Assembly: GCA_963734535.1 (NCBI GenBank)
Contig: CAVTHS010000006.1
Coordinates: 192,001-256,000, forward strand
Direction: 5' to 3'
Source of the DNA: an uncultured Chloroflexia bacterium
GTDB lineage: Bacteria > Chloroflexota > Limnocylindria > Limnocylindrales > CSP1-4
Length of the DNA: 64,000 nt
This document shows, piece by piece, positions 28,632 to 40,569 of this stretch. The first letter of the stretch is position 1, and the number at the start of each line of letters is the position of its first letter. Below the pieces are notes generated by a model that had not been told where the DNA came from, ran no database searches, and saw nothing but the letters and a program-made list of their open reading frames with translations. The position numbers and the translations under genes are program-made.

Positions 28632-30737
28632 ATGCCAGGTCGACCGCAGCACCGCCGACGCGGTGCGGCGCTACCGACCCGACGGCGAATGCCGTCGGGT
28701 ACGGAGTGCGGACCGAGCAGGTGCGGATCCCGATGGACGACGGCGTCCGCCTGGCGGCCACGCTCTATCGCCCGGACGCGGCAGGGCCCGTTTCCCGCGC
28801 TGCTCGAGTCGATCCCGTACCGCAAGGACGACTGGACCCTCACCCGCGACTGGCCGCTCCACGGCGCCTTTGCCGCGGCAGGCTACGTGAGCTGCCGCCT
28901 CGACGTGCGCGGGACGGGGAGCTCGGAGGGTGTGGCCGAGGGCGAGTACCCCGAGCGCGAGATCCTCGACAACCTGGCGGTGATCGACTGGCTGGCAACG
29001 CGCGCCTGGAGCACCGGCGGCGTGGGCATGTTCGGGATCAGCTGGGGTGGGTTCTCGGCGCTCCAGGCCGCGGCGAGGCGACCCGCGGCGCTCCGCGCGA
29101 TCATCCCGGTCCACTTCAGCCACGATCGCTACAACCTCGATGTGCACTACGTCGGCGGCACGCTCCACGTCGGGGAGAGCGTCTACTGGCCCGTCGAGAT
29201 GGTGGGCGAGAACGCGCTGCCGCCCGACCCCGAGCGATTCGGGCCGGGCTGGCGCGAGGAGTGGCTGCGTCGCCTGGAGGCCACGCCGCAGTGGCCGCTT
29301 CGAGTGGCTGCGCCACCAGCGCCGCGACCCGTTCTGGCGGGCCGCATCGATCGGCGAGGAGTGGGCGGCGATCGAGGCTCCGGTCCTCGCGATCGGCGGG
29401 CTCAACGACGGCTACCGGGACGCGGTCCTCGCCGTGCTGGAGCACGTCCGGGCGCCCCGGCGCGGCGTCATCGGGCCGTGGGGGCACGCCTGGCCGCACG
29501 ATGGCTCGCCGGGGCCGTCGATCGACGGTGTCGGCCTGATGCGACGCTGGTGGGACCGCTGGCTCAAGGGCGTGGCCGACCCAGGCGGCGTGGACCGCGG
29601 AGCCGATGCTCTCGCTCTACGTGGTCGAGCCGCCCGGCACGGCCGAGTTCCCGGCCGAGCTCCCCGGGCGGTGGTGGCATCTCGACCACTGGCCGCCCTC
29701 GCCCCGGATCGCGACGCTTCCCCCGCTCTTCCTCGAGGGCGACGGCGCGGCCGGCCTCGGGTCGCTCGCCGGGGAGCCGGCCGCGTCCGGGGACGCCGCC
29801 ACGTCCACCTGGGTAGGCCCGCCGGACGTCGGCCTGTGCGCCCCGTTCTGGTGCGGCTACGGCTATCCGCCGCAGGGCGTGCCCGGCGACCAGCGGGCCG
29901 ACGACGCACGCTCGCTCCTGTTCACGTCCCCAGCCGCTCGAGCGACCCGTCCTGGTCGCCGGGATCCCGCACGCGCGGCTCTGGCTCTCGGCCGATCGGC
30001 CGGTGGCACAGGTCGCGGTGCGCCTCGAGGCGGTGGCGCCCGACGGGCGATCCGCGCTCGTCGCGCGCGCCGTGCGGAACCTGACTCGCCTCGACCCGGC
30101 CGGGGAGGTGCCCGCGCCCCTGGTCCCGGGCGTGCCGGTCGAGGTCGACCTGCCGCTTTCGGCCGCCGGCGCCCGGATCCCGGCCGGATACCGGCTGCGG
30201 GTCGCGATCGCCGGTGCGGCGTTCCCGATCGCGTGGCCGACGCCGACGCCCGTCGCGCTCACGCTCCACCACGACGTCGGCCGTCCATCGGCCCTGCGCC
30301 TGCCACCGGCCGTCGGATGGTCGTCGGAGCACGGGCCGGACCTGGGACGGCCGGCCTTCGAGCCGTCGTCGAGCGAGGCGATCCCGGGGATCCCGGCCGC
30401 CTGGCGGATCGAGCGCGATGGTGTGGCCGGCATCACGTCGCTCATCTGCGAGTCTGGCGGCGGGGATCGCTTCCCGGAGCGGGGAGGGCTCGTGTTCGCG
30501 GCGGATGCCCGCTACCGGATGTCGGTGGCGGACACCTTCGCGGCATGTCGCGCCGAGGGGACCATCTGCTACCGGCTCGCGTATCCGGGCGGCCCGGAGA
30601 TCGTCGCCGACGCGAGCCTGGCGCTCGAGTCGGACGCCGACGAGGTTCGGCTTCGCGTGACGCTGGTGGTCACCGAGGATGGGGCGCCGGTCTTCGATCG
30701 GGTATGGGAGCAGGCCGCGCCGCGCGACCTCCTCTGA
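28632..30737 (+). CDS. CocE/NonD family hydrolase (peptidase S15-like); several indels (about 28790, 29300, 29600, 29935); start approximate
   Basis: RIPMDDGVRLAA, PYRKDD, DVRGTGSSEG, GISWGG nucleophile, IGPWGH, DQRADD spread over frames. Confidence 0.8.
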
Positions 30738-30815
30738 TCGCCGGCCGTCCCGCCCGCGGCCGCGTACAGGCCTGCGGCCGCGTACGATGCGATTCGAGCG
30801 AGAGGAGACCCTCGA

Positions 30816-30938
30816 ATGCCAGAGCGCGCCGTCGTGGCGGATGCCAGCGACGACCCGTACGCCGACGAGCCGGCCACGCACGACCTGGTCGGGCCCGGCA
30901 TCGGCAATGCGGGCTGCTCACCCGACCCGGAGGCCTGA
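30816..30938 (+). CDS. Putative 40-aa small protein
   Basis: TACGAT -10 at 30783, SD GAGGAG, ATG 30816: MPERAVVADASDDPYADEPATHDLVGPGIGNAGCSPDPEA*; fills the gap between two genes. Confidence 0.5.
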   Translation: MPERAVVADASDDPYADEPATHDLVGPGIGNAGCSPDPEA

Positions 30939-30944
30939 GCCGTC

Positions 30945-31428
30945 GTGGACGGTGCGCGCCTGCCCGCGCTCGGGCCGCGCGGCGAGGGCTGGGTGGCGCT
31001 CCAGGTCGTCGCCTTCGCCTGCGTGGGCGCATGCAGGGCTGCTTGGCCCCGCCTGGGGCGAGCCGTGGCGGGACGTCGGCCTCGTCGCGGGTGGAATCCT
31101 GGCGGTCGCGGGCGCCGTCATTGCCGTGCTCGGCCTCGTCGGCCTTCGCGAGAACCTGACCGTGGTCCCGCGCCCGATCGAGGGCGGCCGGCTCATCGAC
31201 TCCGGCGTGTACGGCATGGTCCGCCACCCGATCTACACGGGAATCATCACGGCCGCGCTCGGCTGGGGGCTGGCGACGGCGAGCCCGGCCGCGCTGGTCT
31301 CGGCAGTGCTCCTCGGCGCCTTCTTCGACCTCAAGGCCCGGCGCGAGGAGGCATGGCTGCTCGCCGCGTATCCGGGGTACGCCGCCTACCGGGCCCGGGT
31401 TCGCAAGCTGGTGCCGTTCATCTACTGA
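30945..31428 (+). CDS. Isoprenylcysteine carboxyl methyltransferase / PEMT family membrane protein; indel near 31035
   Basis: LGPRGEGWVALQ; LTVVPRP, GVYGMVRHPIYTG, KARREEAWL, YPGYAAYR. Confidence 0.85.
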
Positions 31429-32565
31429 CGCCCGGCGACCGCGCCGCCGCGTCCGGCGCGCCGCCGCCGGTCGACACGCTGGCGTCGGAAGACGTGCTAC
31501 CGGTCGAATCGCCGCCGATGGCGGTCGCGCCGCGGGCGGCCCGGCGCAGGCGGTCCATGACCGCCCGACCAAGGCCGGTGTCCGGGATCGGCTCGGCCAC
31601 GATCCGCGAGAGGTCGGCGGCGTCGAGCGCGTGGAGGGCGTCGAAGAGGCGGGCCGCCGCCCCCACGGGGTCGCCGCCGCCGTCGAGGACCTCGATGGCC
31701 GCGTACGGTCCCCCGATGAGCCTCCGCCGCCGCCCGGCCCGCGTCGGACGCGGCGAGCAGGCCGACCCGCTCCCCGGGGCGCACCGCGAACGCCGCCGCG
31801 TCTGCCGGGTCACGCGGGTCCGCCAGCTCGAGCGGGGCGCGGGGCGCGTAGTGCGCGCCCGCCCGCCCGGGTGCAAGCTCGGCCGTGCCCGGGACCCCGT
31901 CGACCGGGACCTCCAGCGGTCCGATCTCCGCCTCGATCGCCTCGACCGCGAGGCCGCCGGGGCGAAGGAGCACGGCCCGGCCCGCCGCGAGCAGGATGAC
32001 CGTCGATTCGACCCCGACGTGGCACGGCCCGCCGTCGAGGAGGAGGTCGACGCGCGACCCGAGCCCCGCCACGCACGTGTGCCGCGCGGGTCGGGGAGAG
32101 GCCGCCGAACCGGTTTGCCGAGGGCGCCGCGACGGGAACCCCGGCGGCCCGGATCAGCGGCACGTGCGACCGGGTGGTCGGGCACGCGCAGGCCCACGGT
32201 GGGGAGCCCGGCCGTGACGATTCCCGGGATGATCGCCCGCTTGCGCAGCACGAGCGTCAGCGGGCCGGGCCAGAACCGCGCCGCGAGCCGCGCGACGCGG
32301 GGATCGTCCGCGTCCTCGGGTAGCGCGTAGAGCGCCACCGACGAGGCGTCCGCGAGGTGGACGATCAGCGGATCGAAGGCAGGCCGCTCCTTCGCCGCGA
32401 AGACGCGCGCGACGGCGAGGGCGTCGAGCGCGTTGGCGCCGAGGCCGTAGACCGTCTCGGTGGGAAAGACGACCAGGCCGCCCGCGCGCAGGCTGCGCCG
32501 CGGCGGTCGCGATCGACCCCGGGTCGTCGCCGGGCAGGATTCGGGGGCGGCTCGGGCACGGGCAT
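31418..32565 (-). CDS. tsaC: L-threonylcarbamoyladenylate synthase (Sua5-type); several indels
   Basis: VVFPTETVYGLGANA, DPLIVH, FWPGPLT, AAPSAN, GVESTV, LRPGG, HYAP, AVMDRLRRA. Confidence 0.88.
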
Positions 32566-32694
32566 CTCCGGGCAGGATCGCGCGTTCGCTCGGATGGCGC
32601 ACGCCGTGGCCGGATTCCCTCGCGGTCCACCGGTGGACTTCGCACCGGCGGCGGACATCGCACCAGCCGCGGACATCGTACGATCGGACGGCCC

Positions 32695-33966
32695 ATGGTG
32701 ACCACAACAGGCACGCTGCCCGACACGGACCAGGCTGTCCCGGAGCCGCTGGCTCGCAACCGCGACTTCAAGGTCGTCCTCGTCGGCCAGGGCGTCAGCT
32801 CGTTCGGGGATGCGATCACCAACACGGCGCTCCCATTGCTCGTGCTCGCGCTGACCGGCTCGGGGTTCGCGATGGGGATCGTGGGTGCGCTCTCGACCCT
32901 GCCGGATCTCGTGGTCGGGCTCCCGGCCGGTGCGTACGCCGATCGCTGGGACCGGCGCCGGATGATGTTCGTCGCGGACCTGGGCCGGGCTGTCATCACC
33001 GCGGCGGTGCCGCTCACGTTCTGGCTTGGCGGTCCGACGATGGCGGTCATCCTGCTCATCACGTTCCCGCTCAACGCCCTGCGCGTGCTGTGGCTCGCGG
33101 CCTACACGGCGGCCGTGCCCGGCCTCGTGGGACGGCCCCAGATCGCACGGGCCAACGCGATCTTCGAGTCGTTCTTCACGGTTGGCTGGATCGCGGGACC
33201 GGCCCTCGCCGGCGTCTTCTCGGCGGCGATCGGGCCGGCCTCGACGATCGCGATCGACGCGATCACGTTCGTGGTCTCCTCGGCTGCGCTGCTCCTGGTC
33301 CACCGCCCGCTGCGCCCGGCCCCCCGCGCCGAGCAGCCGCACCTCGTGGCGGACATCCGGGAAGGGGTGCGCTACGTGGCGGGCCACGCGACGCTGCGCG
33401 CGGTGATCCTCTTCTGGGCCACCTCGCAGGTCGTCACCGCGGCCCTCGCGACGGCGCTGACCTACTACATCACCCGCGACCGGGGCTTCACGGCCGACGT
33501 GCTGGGCATCGTCCTCTCCGCGTTCGGGGTGGGGTCGCTGGTCGGCTCGCTCGCGGCCGGCCGGCGACCCCCGGAGGCGGTCGGCCGCGCCCTGCTGATC
33601 GGGACCGTCGTGACGGGCGTCATCCTCTTCGCGTTCACGATCGGCGCGCCGATCGAGGTGATGGTCGTCGGCGCCCTCGTGGCCGGCATCACGCAGTCGG
33701 TCGTGCTGATCGGGTACATCACGCTGCGGACCGCGCTCTCGCCCGACGCGATGCTGGGCCGGATCGGCAGCACGGCCCGGACCATCTCCGTCGGCCTGAT
33801 GCCGATCGGATCGTTCGTCGGCGGCGCGCTGATCGACCTCACGAACGGCGGCGTCACGCTGGCCACGATGGGCGCCCTGCTGCTCGTCGCGAGCGGCGCG
33901 TTCGCGCTCGTGCCGAACCTGCGGCGGGCGCGCGTTCCCCGGCCCGGGAAGCGGTACCCGGGATGA
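32695..33966 (+). CDS. MFS transporter (DHA3/macrolide efflux-like)
   Basis: RNRDF, GVSSFGD, ADRWDRRRMM, DIREGVRYV, MLGRI. Confidence 0.92.
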   Translation: MVTTTGTLPDTDQAVPEPLARNRDFKVVLVGQGVSSFGDAITNTALPLLVLALTGSGFAMGIVGALSTLPDLVVGLPAGAYADRWDRRRMMFVADLGRAVITAAVPLTFWLGGPTMAVILLITFPLNALRVLWLAAYTAAVPGLVGRPQIARANAIFESFFTVGWIAGPALAGVFSAAIGPASTIAIDAITFVVSSAALLLVHRPLRPAPRAEQPHLVADIREGVRYVAGHATLRAVILFWATSQVVTAALATALTYYITRDRGFTADVLGIVLSAFGVGSLVGSLAAGRRPPEAVGRALLIGTVVTGVILFAFTIGAPIEVMVVGALVAGITQSVVLIGYITLRTALSPDAMLGRIGSTARTISVGLMPIGSFVGGALIDLTNGGVTLATMGALLLVASGAFALVPNLRRARVPRPGKRYPG

Positions 33967-33984
33967 GCGACGAGCCAGGACGCC

Positions 33985-35223
33985 GTGCCGGGAACGCCGG
34001 GCCGGCGGCGTTCGGCGCTGGCCGCGCGGTGGGCGCTCGACCCGGAGGTGGTCTTCCTCAACCACGGGTCCTTCGGGGCCTGTCCACGCGGCGTGCTCGA
34101 TGCCCAGCAGGCCCTCCGCGCGGAGATGGAGGCGAACCCGGTGGACTTCCTCGCCCGCCGGCTCGAGGATCGGCTCGCTGCGGCCCGGGCCGCCGTCGGC
34201 GCGTTCGTCGGAGCCGACCCGGACGACCTCGCCTTCGTGCCGAACGCGACCGCCGGGATCGCGACCGTCCTCGGCTCATTCGGGATCGGCCCTGGCGACG
34301 AGCTGCTTGCCACCGACCACGAGTACAACGCCGCGCTCAATGCGCTGCGGGTCGGCGCCGCCGACGCCGGCGCCCGCGTCGTGCTGGCGCGGATCCCGCT
34401 TCCCGTGGACGGCCCGGACGACGTCGTGGAGCGCGTTCTCGCGGCGGTGACGCCGCGGACGCGGCTGGCGCTGCTCAGCCACGTGACGAGCCCGACCGCG
34501 CTCGTCTTCCCGGTGGAGCGGCTCGTGCCGCTCCTGGAGGCGCGCGGCGTGGCGGTGCTCGTGGACGGAGCGCACGCGCCCGGCATGATCCCGCTCCACG
34601 TCGGGGCGCTCGGCGCGAGCTGGTACGTGGCGAACCTCCACAAGTGGTGCTGCGCCCCGAAGGGCGCCGCGTTCCTCCACGTCCGGCGGGACCGGCAGGC
34701 CGCTGCCCGCCCGCTCGCGGTGAGCCATGCGGCCAACGACCCGCGGCCCGCGCGGTCGCCGTTCGTGCGGGCGTTCGACTGGACCGGCACCCTCGACCCG
34801 ACGGCGTACCTTGCCGCGCCGATCGCCCTCGCCGAGGTCGCGGCGATGCTCGAGGGCGGGTGGCCGGCCGTGATGGCGAGGAACAGCGCGCTCGCCCTGG
34901 GCGCGCGGGAGATCCTCCTCGGTGCGCTCGGCGGCACGCCGCTCGCACCCGCGTCGATGCTGGGCGCGATGGCAGCCGTGGAGCTGCCCGCCGCCTTCGG
35001 CCCGCCGCCCGTCTCGCCGGTCGACGAGGACCCGCTCCAGGCAGCGCTGCGCGAGCGGGCCGGCATCGAGGTCCCGCTCGTCGCGTGGCCCCGCGACCCC
35101 GGGACCGGCGCGCGACGGCGGCGCCTCGTCCGCATCTCCGCCCATCTCCACAACGAGCTCCCGGACTACGTTGCGCTCGCCGATGCGCTGCGGGGACTCC
35201 TCGGGCGCGCAACCGACCGGTAA
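33985..35223 (+). CDS. Class V PLP enzyme (isopenicillin N epimerase / EgtE C-S lyase-like)
   Basis: FLNHGSFGA, NAT, HVTSPTA, VDGAHAPG, NLHKW, WTGTLD, RISAH. Confidence 0.88.
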   Translation: MPGTPGRRRSALAARWALDPEVVFLNHGSFGACPRGVLDAQQALRAEMEANPVDFLARRLEDRLAAARAAVGAFVGADPDDLAFVPNATAGIATVLGSFGIGPGDELLATDHEYNAALNALRVGAADAGARVVLARIPLPVDGPDDVVERVLAAVTPRTRLALLSHVTSPTALVFPVERLVPLLEARGVAVLVDGAHAPGMIPLHVGALGASWYVANLHKWCCAPKGAAFLHVRRDRQAAARPLAVSHAANDPRPARSPFVRAFDWTGTLDPTAYLAAPIALAEVAAMLEGGWPAVMARNSALALGAREILLGALGGTPLAPASMLGAMAAVELPAAFGPPPVSPVDEDPLQAALRERAGIEVPLVAWPRDPGTGARRRRLVRISAHLHNELPDYVALADALRGLLGRATDR

Positions 35224-35237
35224 GCTGTCGCGAACCG

Positions 35238-37872
35238 TCAGCCGGGCCGAATCTCCCGGGAGGCCGGACCGCGTCGAACGGCGCGCACGAGCATTTCTTC
35301 GGCGCGTCGCACCAGGCCCGTGCGCCGGAGACCATGGACCGCCACGGTCCACGCCGCGCCGATGCCGAGCAGGGCCAGGATCTCGCGCGGCGCGAGGGTC
35401 GTGAGCTCGTAGAAGTCCCGCGCGACCGGGAGCGCGAGGATGACGAGGTAGACGACGAGCATGATGCCGGCGAGGAGCCAGGGCCACCACCGCACGAGGC
35501 GTCCCGGCAATTCCTCGCGCGCTCCCGAGGAGATCAGGGGCAGCAGCCCCAGGCCGCAGAAGACCGTGAACGTCGTGAGCACGGTCTGGGCCTCGACCAG
35601 CGAGACGCCCGTGCCGAGCACGTACGCGTACGTGGGGAGCGCGACGAGCACCACCGCGAACGAGACCGGGATCGAGACCCGCAGCGTCTCCGCGAGGAGG
35701 CTGCGCGGGAGCCGGCGTGGCGGAACCCAGATCGCCAGCACGATCAGCGGGATGCCGACGGTCGCGAACGCGAGGACCGAGTTCTGGCGCGGCGTCAGGG
35801 GGAACGGGAGCCCGGCCATCGCGGCGCCGGCGATGATGAGGAGCACGTAGAACGTGCGTGACAGGAGGAGGACGAGGGTGGCCTCCATCGCGGCCACGAT
35901 TCGCTGGCCCTCGATCACGGCCCGCGGCAGCACGTCGAAGCGGTCCCCGAGCAGGACGAGGTCGGCCACGCCGCGTGCCGCGGCCGAGCCCGACTCCATC
36001 GCGATCCCGAGATTGGCGCGCCGCAGCGAGAGGATGTCGTTGACACCGTCACCGACCATCGCGACGTAGTGCCTGCGGCTCCGCAGGAGCGCGACGAGGC
36101 GGGCCTTGAGGGCAGGCTCGACGCGCCCGAAGATCGAGCGTCCGCTCGGCTTCGTCGGCCGCCTGGGGATCGCCGAGCGCGGCGAGGGCGGGTCCGGAGG
36201 CCGCCTCGCCGGCGACGCCGAGACCCACCCGGCGAGCGAGCGCCTCCACGGTCGCGGGGTCGTCGCCGGAGATGACCTTCAGCTCGATCCCGGCCCGTGC
36301 AAAGCCGGCCAGGATCTCGCGGACATCGGGGCGCAGCTCCTCGCCGAAGCGCAGGAGCGCGACGGGAGCCAGGTCGGCCGGGAGCACGGGCCGACCCTCG
36401 GCATCGCGCAGCGCCGCGGCTGCAGGAGCCCGGGCAAGGAGCAGGACCCGCACGCCCTCGGCGGCGATGGCGGCCGCTCGCGTCGCCACCTCCCCTGGGT
36501 CCGCGGAATCACTCGCGAGGGCGCCGGGAGTCCCGACGGAACCGGGAACCCCCACAGCCTCGTCCGCCCCGCCGTCGGGTGTCTCCCGGCCGTCCTCGGT
36601 GGCTCTCGCCGGGCGCGGGAGGAGGACCGTCGGCGCGCCGATCAGCCAGGCCTCCCCATCGGCGAAGCGCAGGCCGGACCAGCGCCGCTCCGACGCGAAC
36701 GGGATCTCCTCGGTCACGGTCCGGGCGAGCCCAGGACACGCCGCCGCGATCGCCTCGGTGGTGCGGTTCGTCGCGGTCGTGCTCGCGGCCATCGAACCGA
36801 GGGTGGCGGCGACGTCCTCCGGGTCGTGGTCGCCCAGCACGTCGGCGCCCGCATACCAGATTCGCTGGGTCGTGAGCGTGCCGGTCTTGTCCATGCAGAG
36901 CGTGTCCACGCGGGCCATGGATTCGACCGCGTTCTGGCGCTGCACGAGGGCGCCGAGGTGGCTGATCCGGAGCGCCCCGGTCGCGTACGTGACGGTCACC
37001 ATGATCGCGAGGCCCTGCGGGACGAGCGTCACGAGGACCGCCGCCGCCGTCAGCGTCTGGGTCGAGCTGAACCCGTCCGGCAGGGCGGCGAGCGCGATCG
37101 CGACCGGGACGACCGCGAGGAGGACGAGCGCGGCGACCGCCCAGATCGTGGCGGCGATCTCGCGCTGGAGGGGCGTTCGCTCGTCGCCCACCCGCTTCGC
37201 CTCGGCCAGCAGCCGATTGGCGAAGCTTGCCGCGCCCACCGACGTGACCTCGAAGACGGCCGCGCCCGAGATGACCGCAGTGCCCGACAGGACCGGGTCG
37301 CCGGCCTCCTTCGAGACCGCGTCCGACTCCCCAGTGAGGAGGGATTCGTCCAGCTCGACGCGGCCGTCGCCGACCAGCGTGCCGTCGAGGACCACCTGGT
37401 CGCCACGTCGGGCGACGAGCAGGTCGCCCAGGACGACCTCCGCCGGGTCGATCCCGCGCTCTTCGGACTCGCGGATGACGCGCGCCTGGGGGCGTGACAG
37501 GAGCGCGATCCGGTCGAGCTTCCGCTTCGCGCGCGACTCGCCCGCCACGCCGATCCCGATGTTGGCGAGCACCGGGCCGGCGGTCAGCAGCGCCTCCACG
37601 ACCATCCCGAACAACAGCAGGAGGATCGAGACGCCGACAAGGATCCCGTTGATCCCGGGGTAGGAGTTCTGGCGCAGGATCTCCCAGTAGGTCCGCGAGG
37701 TGGACGGGCGGTACGCGTTTCCTTCGCCGCGTGCCCGGCGCGCGTCCGCCTCCGCCTCGGAGAGCCCGCCCGCCGCCGTGCGCAGCGGTCGGATGACGGG
37801 CGGGTGTGGCGGTAGCATGGGATGCCGGACGCCCGCGGCCGGGGTCGGCGAGTCAGCTGGCGCAGCGGTCAT
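35238..37872 (-). CDS. Cation-transporting P-type ATPase (CtpE-like); indel near 36140
   Basis: DESLLTGES, VPQGL, DKTGTLT, ISGD, MVGDGVND. Confidence 0.9.
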
Positions 37873-37918
37873 CGCGGGGATCATGCCGGATCGTGGCGCT
37901 CGTGTACCGTTCCGCCGT

Positions 37919-38860
37919 GTGGACGCGATCGCGACGCACGGCCTCACGAAGCACTATGGGTCCGCGCGCCGGTGGGGCGGCCGGTCCGTGGGAGCTGCGC
38001 CGATCCGGGCGCTCGACGACCTGAGCCTCGCGGTCACGGCTGGCGAGGTGTTCGGCTTCCTGGGGCCCAACGGCGCCGGCAAGAGCACCGCCATCCGCCT
38101 CCTCCTCGGGTTCATCCACCCCACGGCGGGCAGCGCCGAGGTGCTCGGCCTCGACGTGGCCACGGCGGGCGCCGGGCTCCGGGGCCGGATCGGCTACCTG
38201 CCGGGCGGCATCGCCCTCTACGACGGCCTCACGGGGACGCAGCTCCTCGACTACCTGGCCGCGTACTACGCCCGTCCGCCGGTCCTCCGCGGCGGCCTGG
38301 TCGAACAGCTGGGACTCTCTGCGCGCGATCTTGGGCGGCCGATCCGGGACTACTCGCGCGGGATGCGCCAGAAGATCGGGATCGTGCAGGCGCTGCAGCA
38401 TGACCCGGAGCTCGCCATCCTCGACGAGCCGTCCGAGGGTCTCGATCCCCTCATGCAGCGGGCCTTCTACGCCATCCTCGACGAGCGGAAGGCCGCCGGC
38501 CGGACGGTCTTCTTCAGCTCGCACGTGCTCTCGGAGGTGGAGCGGGTGTGCGACCGGGTGGGGATCGTGCGGTCGGGCCGCCTGGTCGCGCTCGAGCGCG
38601 TCGGCGAGCTGGTCGCGCGCCGCCGGCGCCACGTCGAGGTTCGGCTGGGCGGCCCGGCACCGGGGCTTGCGTCCGCGATCACGGCGCTGCCCGGCGTGTC
38701 GACCTTCGAGGCGCGCGACGACCGGCTCGCGTTCGGCCTCGACGGCGACGTGACGGCGCTGCTGCGGCTCCTCGAGGGCACGGCGCTCATCGATCTCACC
38801 ATCGAGCCCGCCCGCCTCGAGGATGCCTTCCTCGAGCTCTACGACGAGCCCGCTCGATGA
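37919..38860 (+). CDS. ABC-2 transporter ATP-binding protein
   Basis: GPNGAGKST, YSRGMRQK, ILDEPSEGLDP, FSSH. Confidence 0.95.
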   Translation: MDAIATHGLTKHYGSARRWGGRSVGAAPIRALDDLSLAVTAGEVFGFLGPNGAGKSTAIRLLLGFIHPTAGSAEVLGLDVATAGAGLRGRIGYLPGGIALYDGLTGTQLLDYLAAYYARPPVLRGGLVEQLGLSARDLGRPIRDYSRGMRQKIGIVQALQHDPELAILDEPSEGLDPLMQRAFYAILDERKAAGRTVFFSSHVLSEVERVCDRVGIVRSGRLVALERVGELVARRRRHVEVRLGGPAPGLASAITALPGVSTFEARDDRLAFGLDGDVTALLRLLEGTALIDLTIEPARLEDAFLELYDEPAR

Positions 38861-39669
38861 GCGCCGTCCTCTTCCGGCGGACGTGGGCAGCCCAGCGGGT
38901 CCGCCTCTCGTTCGTGATGGTCGCCCTCGTGGTCTGGGGCTTCCTGCTCCCCGTGATCTTCGCCACGTTCGGCAAGGAGATGGGGGCGCTCGCCCGGAGC
39001 GGCACGTTCGCCAACATGTTCGACCTCATGTCGCGGTTCACGGGCGGTGACGTGTTCAGCATCCGTGGAACGGTCGCCCTTGGGCTGGTGCACCCGATCG
39101 CGCTCGCGCTCGTGACGACCCAGGTCATCGGGTTCGCCGCGACCGCGGTCGCGGGGGAGCGCCAGCGGGGAACCCTGGAGGTGCTTCTCGCCCGGCCCCT
39201 GGAGCGCCGCGTCCTCCACCTGACACTGCTGGCGGCGATGCTGCTCTTCGCGGCCCTCACCCAGGCCGCGGTCCTCGGCGGCATCGTCGCCGGCGCGCTC
39301 CTGTTCGGCGTCGCGGGCGACCTGCAGGCTGCCGACATCGCGCTCTGCTGGCTGAACGGGTTCATGCTGTTCGGCGCCCTCGGGGCCATCTCGCTGGCCG
39401 CCTCGGTCAGCTTCGACCGCGTCGGTCCTGCCCTGGGGATCGCGCTGGGAGTGACGCTCGTCGCCTACGCGGTCGAGTTCCTTGGCACGCTCTGGCCGGA
39501 CGCGGCGTGGCTCCGGCCGGTCTCGCCGTTCCGCTACTTCCAGCCGACCCGAATCCTCGCGGGCACCTTCGAGCCCGCCGACCTGCTGGTCCTCGGCGCG
39601 ATCTTCGCCGCCGCCGTTGCGTGGGCCGCCTGGGTCTTCCCGCGAAGGGACCTCGCGGCTCCGAGCTGA
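38857..39669 (+). CDS. ABC-2 transporter permease
   Basis: ATGA overlap with ATPase; AGERQRGTLEVLLARP; about 6 TM; SPFRYF. Confidence 0.9.
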   Translation: MSAVLFRRTWAAQRVRLSFVMVALVVWGFLLPVIFATFGKEMGALARSGTFANMFDLMSRFTGGDVFSIRGTVALGLVHPIALALVTTQVIGFAATAVAGERQRGTLEVLLARPLERRVLHLTLLAAMLLFAALTQAAVLGGIVAGALLFGVAGDLQAADIALCWLNGFMLFGALGAISLAASVSFDRVGPALGIALGVTLVAYAVEFLGTLWPDAAWLRPVSPFRYFQPTRILAGTFEPADLLVLGAIFAAAVAWAAWVFPRRDLAAPS

Positions 39670-39675
39670 ACGTGC

Positions 39676-40569
39676 CTAGGGCGTCGCCGTCGGCGCGGTC
39701 GAGGCGGCCGGGGACGGGCTCGCGACCGGTGCCGGGCTGACGGAGGGTACAGGCGCCGCGGCCGCCGTGATGGCGTCCCGGATCGCCGACCAGCCCGAGC
39801 TGAAGCCCGCCAGGGTCCTCGTTCCGCCCGGGCCGATGACCCGCATCGTCGGCGTGGATTCGATTCCGAGGGCCCTGCCTGCCGCGGTCTCGTCGGCGAC
39901 CGCCGTGGCGACCGCCGGGTCGTCGAGGCATGCCGTGAATGCCGTTGCGTCGAGGGCCGCCAGCCCCGCGAGGGTGACCAGGTTCTCCCGCTTGAACGTG
40001 CCCTGGTTCTCGCCCTGCTGGGACGCGAACAGGAGGTCGTGGAAGCGCCAGTACGCGCCGGGATCCTGGCGGCCGGCACATCGCGCCGCGACCGCCGCGT
40101 CGGTTGACTCCTGCCCCAGGAACGCGAAGTCGCGGTAGACCACGCGGGCGATCCCCGGCAGGACGAAGGCGCGCTCGAGCGACCCGCCGAAGACCATCGC
40201 CTCGAGCCGGCAGTAGGGGCACTGGTAGTCGGCCCAGACCTCGACGGTGACGGGTGCTGCGGCGCTGCCCAGGGACGGCCCGATCGCGGCGTTCGGGGGA
40301 GGCGTGGGGGTCGCCGTGGGGGTGGGCGACGGTGACGGGGCCGGGCGCCCAAGGCCGCCAAACGCCGCGAGGCTTCCCGCGAGGAGGAGCGCCCCCGCGA
40401 GCGCCGCCGCGAGGTACCCGAGGAGGACCGACGGCCCCCGGCCTGTCGGGGACGCGGCCGGTCGCGCGCCGATCGGGACGACCGGCTCGGTCGGTACGGC
40501 CGCGAGCGGCGGCTCGCCCGTGTCGGCCGTCTCGAGGGCGTCGGCATCCGGTGGGAGGGATTCGGTCAT
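39676..40569 (-). CDS. Membrane-anchored DsbA-family oxidoreductase
   Basis: TM anchor, WADYQCPYC, GIESTPT. Confidence 0.92.
   Translation of the reverse strand: MTESLPPDADALETADTGEPPLAAVPTEPVVPIGARPAASPTGRGPSVLLGYLAAALAGALLLAGSLAAFGGLGRPAPSPSPTPTATPTPPPNAAIGPSLGSAAAPVTVEVWADYQCPYCRLEAMVFGGSLERAFVLPGIARVVYRDFAFLGQESTDAAVAARCAGRQDPGAYWRFHDLLFASQQGENQGTFKRENLVTLAGLAALDATAFTACLDDPAVATAVADETAAGRALGIESTPTMRVIGPGGTRTLAGFSSGWSAIRDAITAAAAPVPSVSPAPVASPSPAASTAPTATP

Noticed and set aside
3381-35861. Very long alternative-frame ORFs (e.g. 3381..5894, 25453..28560, 32460..35861)
   Set aside because: Arg/Pro/Gly-rich shadow frames of real genes, expected at this GC content
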